The notes under the pieces: model-generated | Seen by the model: the letters and a program-made list of their open reading frames with translations, nothing else | What the model was told of the DNA's origin: nothing | Databases searched by the model: none | Program-made: the position numbers and the translations under genes | Assembly (NCBI RefSeq): GCF_044704955.1 | Contig: NC_092008.1 | Location: 2,418,001 to 2,482,000 of the forward strand | Length of the DNA: 64,000 nt | Source of the DNA: Pristiophorus japonicus | Lineage: Eukaryota | Reading direction: 5' to 3' | In this document: positions 11,301-23,300 of the stretch, in pieces | How the letters are laid out: the number at the start of each line of letters is the position of its first letter | Numbering within the stretch: the first letter of the stretch is position 1

Positions 11301-14300
11301 GGCGCGATGTATTGATGTCAATGACCCTGTTTTTGTCCTTAATTACGCTGCAGGGCCCAAATGGCTTGCAGGCACTGTGGTTGCCAAAGAGGGAAATAGG
11401 ATTCTGGTAGTTAAACTTATCAATGGACAAATCTGCCGCAAACATGTGGATCAAACTAAAAGGAGGTTCAGCAACCCCACAGAAGAAGCAGAGGAAGAAC
11501 ACGGTGTAGAGTTCACTCCACCACAGGTGACCAAACACCGGAACCAGAGGGAGGAGGGCCCAGTCACTGTGGGCAGTCCGGACAGGCCTGAGGCACCGCA
11601 AACAGCAGACACTCAGGCCAGCGCCCAACAACCGGAGCCCCAACTCAGGCGCTCTACAAGAGAGCGTAAACCACCAGAGAGACTCAACCTGTGATCCCAA
11701 TAAGACTTTGGGGGGGAGGTGATGTCATGTATTCAACTATCATTGTAACCCATGAAGAAGCTGACCTAAGTTATACACCTTGAGAACACTGACCACAGGG
11801 GGCGAACTTGTGGGAGACACTCCTAACCTGGACTTTCCGGTATAAAAGGGGAAGCTCCACCCACCTTCATCACTTGAGGTCTTGGTAATAAAGATAACTG
11901 GTCACAGAGTGACCTTCTCTCAAGTATGGGCCTCGTGTGCATTTATACTGTATAGTAAGGACATATTAGTAGGGGCTGGAGGAGGTTACAGAGATAGGGA
12001 GGGGTGTCGGGGCTGGAGGAGGTTACAGAGATAGGGAGGGTGTAGGGGATGGAGGAGATTACAGAGATAGGGAGGGTGTAGGGGCTGGAGGAGGTTACAG
12101 AGATAGGGAGGGTGTAGGGGCTGGAGGAGGTTACAGAGATAGGGAGGGGTGTCGGGGCTGGAGGAGATTATAGAGATAGGGAGGGGTGTAGGGGCTGGAG
12201 GAGGTTACAGAGATAGGGAGGGGTGTAGGGCTGGAGGAGGTTACAGAGATAGGGAGGGGTGTAGGGGCTGGAGGAGGTTACAGAGATAGGGAGGGGTGTC
12301 GGGGCTGGAGGAGGTTACAGAGATAGGGAGGGTGTAGCGGATGAAGGAGATTACAGAGATAGGGAGGGTGTAGGGGCTGGAGGAGGTTACAGAGATAGGG
12401 AGGGGTGTAGGGGCTGGAGGAGGTTACAGAGATAGGGAGGGGTGTAGAGGCTGGAGGGGGTTACAGAGATAGGGAGGGGTGTAGAGGCTGGAGGGGGTTA
12501 CAGAGATACGGAGGGGTGTAGGGGCTGGAGGAGGTTACAGAGATAGGGAGGGGTGTAGAGGCTGGAGGAGGTTACAGAGATAGGAAGGGGTGTAGAGGCT
12601 GGAGGAGGTTACAGAGATAGGGAGGGGTGTAGGGGCTGGAGGGATTTGTAAACAAGGATGAGAATTTTGAAATCGAGGCGTTGCTGGACCGGGAGCCAAT
12701 GTAGGTCAGCGATGATGGGTGAGCGGGACTCGGTGCGAGTTAGGACACGGGTCAGCGAGCACAAGGGGTGATGGGTGAGCGGGACTCGGTGCGAGTTAGG
12801 ACATGGGGCAGTGAGCACAGTGGGTGATGGGTGAGCGGGACTCGGTGCGAGTTAGGACACGGGGCAGTGAGCACAGCGGGTGATGGGTGAGTGGGGCTCG
12901 GTGCGAGTTAGGACACGGGGCAGTGAGCACAGGGGGTGATGGGTGAGTGGGACTCGGTGCGAGTTAGGACACGGGGCAGTGAGCACAGGGGGTGATGGGT
13001 GAGCGGGACTCGGTGCGAGTTAGGACACGGGTCAGCAAGCACAGGGGGTGATGGGTGAGTGGGACTGGGTGCGAGTTAGGACACAGGGTCAGTGAGCACA
13101 GGGGGTGATGGGTGAGCGGGACTCGGTGTGAGTTAGGACACGGGGTCAGTGAGCACAGGGGGTGATGGGTGAGCGGGACTCGGTGCGAGTTAGGACACGG
13201 GGGGCAGTCGAGTTTTGGATCACCTCTAGTTTACGTCGGGTAGAATGTGGGAGGCCGGCCAGGAGCGCAGCACATTGGAATAGTCAAGTCTGGAGGTAAC
13301 GGGGGCACGGATGAGGGCTTCAGCAGCGGATGAGCTGAGGCAGGGGCGGAGACGGGCGATGTTACGGAGGGGGAAACAGGCGGGTTTAGTTCTGCTGCGG
13401 GAGATGTGGCCGGAAGCTCATTTCAGGGTCAAATATGACAGCGAGCTCGCGAACTGTCTGGTTCAGCCTCGGACAGGAGTTGGGGGACAGGGAGAGGTTC
13501 GGTGGCTGGGGCAACGCAGTTTGTGGTGACGTTGTACACCTCTCTCCGGGCATTAGGTGGTTTGAGTGTGGGACAATCCCAAGATAATCAGTTGGCCTGG
13601 GAGCGCCCCGAGAGGGGCCTGGGGTGGAAGGGGCGATAGAAAATAACCTGAAGACCAGCCGCAAAAACGTTCCCAATAAATAACGCTCACCACCACAACA
13701 TGCTCTGCAAAAAAAATGTAATTAAAAAACTGTTGTGTTTCGAATAACTCCACAAGACTGAGTACTGTGAGGTTAAACTGATGTGACCGTAGTCTCTTGA
13801 ATAAAACTCCAGAGCACCAAAGTAACACGGCAGACAACTTTTTATACTCCCTTGCGCGAGGTGTGCAAGTGACCCTTGGTCCTCCAACAGTTGCGCCCTC
13901 TGGTGGCACATCTTACACAGTTACACCGTTTACATACGTAACAGAAACAGTCACCCTTACCGGGAAGTCGATATTATTCAACTCAACTGTAGCCGCTACA
14001 GCTTTCACGGGCGGTCCCAGCATGGCGCTCTACGGCACTCTACGGCACCAAGAGGCGGCGACGAGCCGAAAGTACAGCCCAATTGATTGGCTTCGGTCTT
14101 CCCGACATTGTACGATCAATAAGACGCATCACGTTCCCGTTCTGTCAGCTTGACTCGATCGGAGCAATGCCACGGGAGGTCCACGCGAGGGGTTGAAATC
14201 AGACTGCTCAGTTCCAGCGATCCTGAACCCCGTGATCCGGCCGGCTGGGACTGGGGTGTTCTTTTGTAGTCATCGGCGTCGTCATCACCATCAGAGGCAG

Positions 14301-17300
14301 TGGACTTGCTTCCACTCTAGTGGCACTGGTTTGCCGCACGCTCCTTCCGCTGCCTGCGCTGGGTTTCTGCACGCTCTCGGCGACGAGACTCGAGGCGCTC
14401 AGCGCCCTCCCGGATGCACTTCCTCCACTTAGGGCGGACTGGTCTTTGGGCCCAGGGACTCCCAGGTGTCGGTGGGGATGTTGCACTTTATCAGGGAGGT
14501 TTTGAGGGTGGTCCCTTGTAACGTTTCCTCTGCCCACCTTTGGCTCGCTTGCCCGTGAAGGAGTTCCGAGTAGAGCGCTTCCTTTGGGGAGTCTCGTGTC
14601 TGGGGGCATGAGGACAATGTGGCCCTGCCCAGCGGAGCTGGTCGAGTGTGGTCAGTGCTTCGATGCTGGGGATGTTGGGCCTGGTCGAGGACGCTAACGT
14701 TGGTGTGTCTGTTTGCAGTTGCGTTCCTGTGACTGCAAAAGCTTCTACAGAAATGTGAAGAGAAAAAGATTAGTGAAGACAAATGTAGGTCCCTTGCAGT
14801 CAGATTCAGGTGAATTTATAATGGGGAACAAAGAAATGGCAGAACAATTGAACAAATACTTTGGTTCTGTCTTCACGAAGGAAGACACAAATAACTTGCC
14901 GGAAATACTAGGGGACCGAGGGTCTAGTGAGAAGGAGGAACTGAAGGAAATCCTTATTAATCAGGAAATGATGTTCGGGAAATTGATGGAATTGAAGGCC
15001 GATAAATCCCCAGGGCCTGATAGTCTGCATCCCAGAGTACTTAAGGAAGTGGCCCTAGAAATAGTGGATGTATTGGTGATCATTTTCCAACAGTCTATCG
15101 ACTCTGGATCAGTCCCTATGGACTGGAGGGTAGCTAATGTAACAACACTTTTTAAAAAGGGAGGGAGAGAGAAAGCGGGTAATTATAGACCGGTTAGCCT
15201 GACATCAGTAGTGGGGAAAATGTTGGAATCAATTATTAAAGATGCAATAGCAGCGCATTTGGAAAGCAGTGACAGGATCGGTCCAAGTCAGCATAGATTT
15301 GTGAAAGGGAAATCATGCTTGACAAATCTTCTGGAATTTTTTGAGGATGTAACTGGTAGAGTGGACAAGGGAGAACCAGTGGATGTGGTGTATTTGGACT
15401 TTCAAAAGGCTTTTGACAAGGTCCCACACAAGAGATTGGTGTGCAAAATCAAAGCACATGGTATTGGGGGTAATGTACTGACGTGGATAGAGAACTGGTT
15501 GGCAGACAGGAAGCAGAGAGTCGGGATAAACGGGTCCTTTTCAGAATGGCAGGCAGTGACTAGTGGAGTGCCGCAGGGCTCAGTGCTGGGACCCCAGCTA
15601 TTTACAATATACATTAATGATTTAGATGAAGGAATTGAATGTAATATCTCCAAGTTTGCAGATGACACTAAGCTGGGTGGCGGTGTGAGCTGTGAGGAGG
15701 ATGCTAAGAGGCTGCAGGGTGACTTGGACAGGTTAGGTGAGTGGGCAAATGCATGGCACATGCAGTATAATGTAGATAAATGTGAGGTTATCCAGTTTGG
15801 TGGCAAAAACAGGAAGGCAGAATATTATCTGAACGGTGACAGATTAGGAAAAGGGGAGGTGCAACGAGACTTGGGTGTCAGGGTACATCAGTCATTGAAA
15901 GTTGGCATGCAGGTACAGCAGGCGGTGAAGAAGGCAAATGGCATGTTGGCCTTCATAGCGGGAGGATTTGAGTATAGGAGCAGGGAGGTCTTACTGCAGT
16001 TGTACAGGGCCTTGGTGAGACCACACCTTGAATATTGTGTTCAGTTTTGGTCTCCTAATCTGAGGAAGGACGTTCTTGCTATTGAGGGAGTGCAGCGAAG
16101 GTTCACCAGACTGATTCCCGGGATGGCAGGACTGACATATGAAGAAAGACTGGATCGACTGGGCTTGTATTCACTGGGATTTAGAAGAATGAGAGGGGAC
16201 CTCATAGAAACATATAAAATTCTGACGGGATTGGACAGGTTAGATGCAGGAAGAATGTTCCCGATGTTGGGGAAGTCCAGAACCAGGGGTCACAGTCTAA
16301 GGATAAGGGGTAGGTCATTTAGGACCGAGATGAGGAGAAACTTCTTCACTCAGAGAATTGAGAACCTGTGGAATTCTCTACCGCAGAGAGTTGTTGAGGC
16401 CAGTTCGTTGGATATATTCAAGAGGGAGTTAGATGTGGCCCTTACGGCTGAAGGGATCAAGGGGTATGGAGAGAAAGCAGGAAAGGGGTACTGAGGGAAT
16501 GATCAGCCATGATCATATTGAATGGTGGTGCAGGCTCGAAGGGCCGAATGGCCTACTCCTGCACCTACTTTCTATGTTTCTATATTACTATGATTCCTCT
16601 GGGTATTTTTCTCTTGCAGACATGCACCTGTTCCACGTGCAGTGCGCGTGCGTTTACCACGACCGTCGGGTGGTCGAGATATCTTGGCAAGACGCCTTCG
16701 ACGGCGCCACTGTCCTGTACTATGACGTCGCCAACAAGACGTTTGTCGCCACCCGGCCGATCGCCCAGGGGGAAGTGGCGAGGCGTAACTCGGACCCAAG
16801 CTACCTCGCGTCGATACCACGCCGTATCGAGGCGCTCTGCGATAAAATTAAACACGCCGCCACCACGAGCAACACCACGCTGCCAAAAATGGGTAAGGTC
16901 GTTTATAAACACCGCAACCGTGGGCAGTAAATTCCACTCGGACAGTTCCCAAGATGTTAATTTTAGCCTCGGAACATTTCCAGCGACGGGAACAGCAAAG
17001 TTCAGTTGTCGCACGTTGACACTGGAGTGCAATGCAAAGGGAAACCTTCCACGCGCGAGAACACGGGCACAACTGAATATCCCGTGCGATGGAGCTGGCT
17101 TTGTCAAAGAAAGACCCGCATTACGATAGCGCCTTGCACGACCACCGGACGTCCCAAAGCGCCTCACAGGCAATGGCGTGCTATCGGAGTGCGCTCACTG
17201 TTGTAATGTGGGGAACGCCAACCTGCGCACAGCAAGATCCCACACACACAGACGTGACAAATGACCCGGATCGTCTGTTGGTCGAGGGATAAGTATTGGC

Positions 17301-20300
17301 CCCAGGACACCGGGGAGAACTCCCCCCGCTCTTCTTCCAATAGTGGCCCCGGGATCTTTTACATCCACCCGAGAGGGCAGACGGGGCCTCGGTTTAATGT
17401 CTCATCCCGAAATACAGCCCCTCCGACAGTGCGGCACTCCCTCAGTACCGCCCCTCCGACAGTGCGGCGCTCCCTCAGTACCGCCCCTCCAACAGTGCGG
17501 TGCTCCCTCAGTACCGCCCCTCCGACAGTGCGGGGCTCCCTCAGTACGGCCCCTCCGACATAGAAAATAGGTGCGGGAGTAGGATATTCGGCCCTTCGAG
17601 CCTGCACCACCATTCAATATGATCATGGCTGATCATTCCCTCAGTACCCCATTCCTGCTTTCTCTCCATACCCCTTGATCCCTTTAGTCGTAAGGGCCAC
17701 ATCTAACTCCCTTTTGAATATATCTAACGAACTGGCCCCAACAACTCTCTGTGGTAGAGAATTCCACAGGTTCACAATTCTCTGGGTAAAGAAGTTTCTC
17801 CTCATCTCGGTCCTAAATGGCTTACCCCTTATCCTTAGACTGTGACCCCTGGTTCTGGACTTCCCCAACATCGGGAACATTCTTCCTGCATCTAACCTGT
17901 CCAGTCCCGTCAGAATTTCATATGTTTTATTGAGATCCCCTCTCATCCTTCTAAACTCCAATGAATATAAGCCCAGTCGATCCAGTCTTTCTTCATATGT
18001 CAGTCCTGCCATCCCGGGAATCAGTCTGGTGAACCTTCGCTGCACTCCCTCAATAGCAAGAACGTCCTTCCTCAGATTAGGAGACCAAAACTGACAGCGC
18101 AGTGTGGCGCTCCCTCAGTACCGCCCCTCCGACAGTGCGGCGCTCCCTCAGTACTGCCCCTCCGACAGTGCGGCGCTCCTTCAGTACTGCCTCTCCGACA
18201 GTGCGGCACTCCCTCAGTACCGCCCCTCCGACAGTGCGGCGCTCCCTCAGTACCGCCCCTCCGACAGTGTGGCGCTCCCTCAGTACCGCCCCTCCGACAG
18301 TGCGGCGCTCCCTCAGTACCGCCCCTCCGACAGTGCGGCGCTCCCTCAGTACCGCCCCTCCGACAGTGCAGCACTCCCTCAGTACCGCCCCTCCGACAGT
18401 GCGGCGCTCCCTCAGTACCGCCCCTCCGACAGTGCGGCGCTCCCTCAGTACCGCCCCTCCGACAGCGCGGCGCTCCCTCAGTACCGCCCCTCCGACAGCG
18501 CGGGGCTCCCTCAGTACCGCCCCTCCGACAGTGCGGCGCTCCCTCAGTACCGCCCCTCCGACAGTGCGGCGCTCCCTCAGTACCGCCCCTCCGACAGTGC
18601 GGCGCTCCCTCAGTACCGCCCCTCCGACAGTGCGGCGCTCCCTCAGTACCGCCCCTCCGACAGTGTGGCGCTCCCTCAGTACCGCCCCTCCGACAGTGCG
18701 GCGCTCCCTCAGTACCGCCCCTCCGACAGTGCCACGCTCCCTCAGTACCGCCCCTCCGACAGTCCCTCAGTACCGCCCCTCCGACAGTGCGGCGCTCCCT
18801 CAGTACCGCCCCTCCGACAGTGCGGCGCTCCCTCAGTACCACCCATCCGACTGTGCGGCGCTCCCTCAGTACCGCCCCTCCGACAGTGCGGCGCTCCCTC
18901 AGTACTGCCCCTCCGACAGTGCGGCGCTCCCTCAGTACTGCCTCTCCGACAGTGCGGCGCTCCCTCAGTACTGCCCCTCCGACAGTGCAGCGCTCCCTCA
19001 GTACCGCCCCTCCGACAGTGCGGCGCTCCCTCAGTACTGCCCCTCCGACAGTGCGGCGCTCCCTCAGTACTGCCCCTCCGACAGTGCGGCGCTCCCTCAG
19101 TACCGCCCCTCCGACAGTGCGGCGCTCCCTCAGTACTGCCCCTCCGACAGTGCAGCGCTCCCTCAGTACCGCCCCTCCGACAGTGCGGCGCTCCCTCAGT
19201 ACTGCCCCTCCGACAGTGCGGGGCTCCCTCAGTACCGCCCCTCCGACAGTGCGGCGCTCCCTCAGTACATCCCCTCCAACAGTGCGGCGCTCCCACAGCC
19301 CTGCACTGGAGTGTCAGCCTAGATTTTTGTGCTCAATGCCTGGAGTGGGACTCGAAGCCACAACGTTCTGACTCAGGAGCGAGAGCGCTGCCCCACTGAG
19401 TCACAGCGGACACGAAGAGAGGACTCGCTGCAAAATTAACCAGAACATAAATCATTCCCTTTACATTGCACAACCCAAATAAAGTTATGTCGCAAAATGA
19501 TATATACATATCAATCACTCTCACCTACTTCCTTCGCATAGCGCCAGCACAGCTTGTACACCAGTTTTCTCTGGCAGGGCAGTGCGAAGCGTTACTGATG
19601 CAGCACAAAACCAAATGTCGTATCCTCATCGATACCCCGGTGCTACACTCCCAGGGGGATGGGAACACAAGAAATAGGAGCAGGAGGAGGCCGTTCAGCC
19701 CCTCGAGCCTGTTACATTAGGGACAGGAGGAGGCCGTTCAGCCCCTCGAGCCTGTTACATTAGGGACAGGAGGAGGCCGTTCAGCCCCTCGAGTCTGTTA
19801 CATTAGGGACAGGAGGGGGCCGTTCAGCCCCTCGAGCCTGTTACATTAGGGACAGGAGGAGGCCGTTCAGCCCCTCGAGCCTGTTACATTAGGGACAGGA
19901 GGAGGCCGTTCAGCCCCTCGAGCCTGTTACATTAGGAACAGGAGGAGGCCGTTCAGCCCCTCGAGCCTGTTACATTAGGGACAGGAGGAGGCCGTTCAGC
20001 CCCTCGAGCCTGTTACATTAGGGACAGGAGGAGGCCGTTCAGCCCCTCGAGCCTGTTACATTAGGGACAGGAGGAGGCCTTTCATCCCCTCGAGCCTGTT
20101 ACATTAGGAACAGGAGGAGGCCGTTCAGTCCCTCGAGCCTGTTCCATTAGGGACAGGAGGAGGCCGTTCAGTCCCTCGAGCCTGTTACATTAGGGACAGG
20201 AGGAGGTCATTCGGCACGGGGTTAGATACAGAGTAAAGCTCCCTCTACACTGTCCCATCAAACACTCCCAGGGCAGGTACAGCACGGGGTTAGATACAGA

Positions 20301-23300
20301 GTAAAGCTCCCTCTACACTGTCCCATCAAACACTCCCAGGGCAGGTACAGCACAGGGTTAGATACAGAGTAAAGCTCCCTCTACACTGTCCCATCAAACA
20401 CTCCCAGGGCAGGTACAGCACGGGGTTAGATACAGAGTAAAGCTCCCTCTACACTGTCCCATCAAACACTCCCAGGGCAGGTACAGCACAGGGTTAGATA
20501 CAGAGTAAAGCTCCCTCTACACTGTCCCATCAAACACTCCCAGGGCAGGTACAGCACGGGGTTAGATACAGAGTAAAGCTCCCTCTACGCTGTCCCATCA
20601 AACACTCCCAGGGCAGGTACAGGGGGTTAGATACAGAGTAAAGTTCCCTCTACACTGTCCCATCAAACACTCCCAGGGCAGGTACAGGGGGTTAGATACA
20701 GAGTAAAGCTCCTTCTACACTGTCCCATCAAACACTCCCAGGACAGGTACAGGGGGTTAGATACAGAGTAAAGCTCCCTCTACACTGTCCCATCAAACAC
20801 TCCCAGGGCAGGTACAGGGGGTTAGATACAGAGTAAAGTTCCCTGTACATGGCCCACGGTATAACCTGCTGTCTGTCCTTGTCTGTTTTCACAGCTCCCA
20901 TGTCCATCAACACCTTTGTTCGGACGGAAGGCGGGCGGGATTATTTGGTGTGCTTGGCGACGAACTTCTTTCCCCGTGAGATTGACCTGAGATGGGTCAG
21001 AGACGGGGGAGGGGCTGTCCAGGGAGCAGACAGGACTCGGGTGGTACCTCAAAGGGATGGGACCTTTCAGGCCTGGAGTGTCCTGCCCTTGGCCGGAGGT
21101 GCTGACCGTTCGACCTCCTGTCAAGTGGAACACGCGGCCATCAACGGCAAACTCGTGGTGCAACTCGGTAAGTTCAGCAACTCGGGGAAGCTCAGACACA
21201 GAGGTCGCCGTAAGACCCAACCGTGATATCTCTAACACCCCAAACACACAACACACGCTGTAAATGGCCCCGAGCAGAACTGTATCACATGACCTTGACA
21301 CATGACCTTTTATTGTCACTGCATCAGTAGTAGTTATTACATCAGAAGTCCATTACACTTTCTCCCTCCTTATTGAAGAAGTAATCATCACAGAGGATGT
21401 AACGAACAGGATGGATAAAGGGGAACCAGTGGATGTGGTATATTTGGATTTCCAGAAGGCATTTGACAAGGTGCCACATAAAAGGTTACTGCACAAGATA
21501 AAAGTTCACGAGGTTGGGGGTAATATATTAGCATGGATAGAGGATTGGCTAACTAACAGAAAACAGAGAGTCGGGATAAATGGGTCATTCTCTGGTTGGC
21601 AACCAGTAACTAGTGGGGTGCCACAGGGATCAGTGCTGGGTCCCCAACTATTTACAATCTATATTAACGACTTGGAAGAAGGGACTGAGTGTAACGTGGC
21701 CAAGTTTGCTGACGATACAAAGATGGGAGGAAAAGCAATGTGTGAGGAGGACACAAAAAATCTGCAAAAGGACACAGACAGGCTCAGTGAGTGGGCAAAA
21801 CATTTGGCAGATGGAGCATAATGTGGGAAAGTGTGAGGTCGTTCACTTTGGCAGAAAAAAAAATCAAAGAGCAAGTTATTATTTAAATGGAGAAAGAGTG
21901 CAAAGTGCCGCAGTACAGCGGGACCTGGGGGTTACTTGTACATGGAACACAAAAGGATAGTATGCAGGTACAGCAAGTGATCAGGAAGGGCCAATGGTAT
22001 CTTGGCCTTTATTGCAAAGGGGATGGAGTATAAAAGCAGGGAAGTCTTGCTCCAGTTATACATTGAATGGCGGTGCAGGCTCGAGGGGCCGAATGGCCTA
22101 CTGATCCTATTCCCGGACACCACCCGGTTCGGGTTCCCATCAGCGGGGAACTTCGGCGATACTGTTCTTGCGGTGAACAGCTGGCCCAGTAACTGTGCTC
22201 TCTTCAGATCGGAACAGGAATGCTGAGAATGAAACTTTGATCACCATCGGAGCTGTGCTGGGGATACTGGGACTGAGCGCTGCTGTGGTGACCACGATCG
22301 TGTATCACTGCGCCATCAACCGTAAGCACCTTGCGCCCGTTACCAACGATCGTTAATGTCGCGGGTTTAATTGGGGGTCTGATGCGATGGCGCCTTTCGT
22401 GCTGACTTTAGGGGAGAGCACAAATGTGTTTCCACTCACTGCCTGTGTTTCTGGTGCGTGTAAAAATGGGGCTTTTAGTATGTCGAGGGGGAGTGTTCTT
22501 TTACTGTTGGTTCCCGGGGCTGGGGGCGTCACTGGCAAGGCCGGCATTTATTGCCCGTCCGCTAATCGCCCGCGAGAAGGTGGCGCTGACCCTTATACAA
22601 CTGAGGGGCTCGCTGGGCCAGGTCAGAGGGCAGTTACAAGTCACGCACACAGTGCTGTGGGCCTGGACTCGCATAGCGGCCAGACCGGGTAAGGGCGGTA
22701 GATTTCCTTCCCTGAAGGACACATTACTGAACCCGATGGGTTTTAACGGCAAGTTCCGTTACCGTCAGAGCTGTTCAATTGAGTTCAAACTCCCCAGCCG
22801 CCCTGAACTGGTGTCCCTGGATCGTTAGTCCAGGGCTCAGAATTCCTGGCCCAGTAATATACCCACCGTCATCATCGGCAGTCCCTCGGGATCGAGGAAG
22901 ACTTGTTTCCACTCCTAACACGAGTCCTTAGGTGGCTGAACAGTCCAATACGGGAGCCACAGTCCCTGTCACAGGTGGGACAGACAGTGGTTGAGGGAAG
23001 GGGAGGGTGGGACTGGTTTGCCGCACGCTCCTTCCACTGCCTGCGCTTGGTTTCTGCACGCTCTCGGCGACGAGACTCGAGGTGCTCAGCGCCCTCCCGG
23101 ATGCACTTCCCTCCACTGAGGGCGGGACTGGTCTTTGGGCCCAGGGACTCCCAGGTGTCGTTGGGGATGTTGCACTTTATCAGGGAGGCTTTGAGAGTGG
23201 TCCCTGTAACGTTTCCTCTGCCCACCTTTGGCTCGTTTGCCCGTGAAGGAGTTCCGAGTAGAGCGCTTGCTTTGGGAGTCTCGTGTCTGGGGGACATGCG

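Larger units (their letters stand above)
2698..11968 (+). mobile_element. Gypsy/Ty3 LTR retrotransposon (LTRs 2698-2944 and 11723-11968), degenerate and interrupted by a CR1
   Basis: Two similar ~246-bp LTRs; PBS tggcg after the 5' LTR; polypurine tract before the 3' LTR; gag, protease LDTGAS, RT VFQDDIL, RNase H TDHKPL, integrase SDNGP in PR-RT-RH-IN order; stops and frameshifts; flanks gtagt/gtagg. Confidence 0.95.

Noticed and set aside
19680-20846. CRISPR-like regular repeats
   Set aside because: Head-to-tail units with no unique spacers, no cas genes, eukaryotic context
16620-22321. Classical class I heavy chain or classical class II beta
   Set aside because: No alpha1 exon found before it (not class I); lacks the class II beta2 NGDW Trp and has the DGTFQ.W motif
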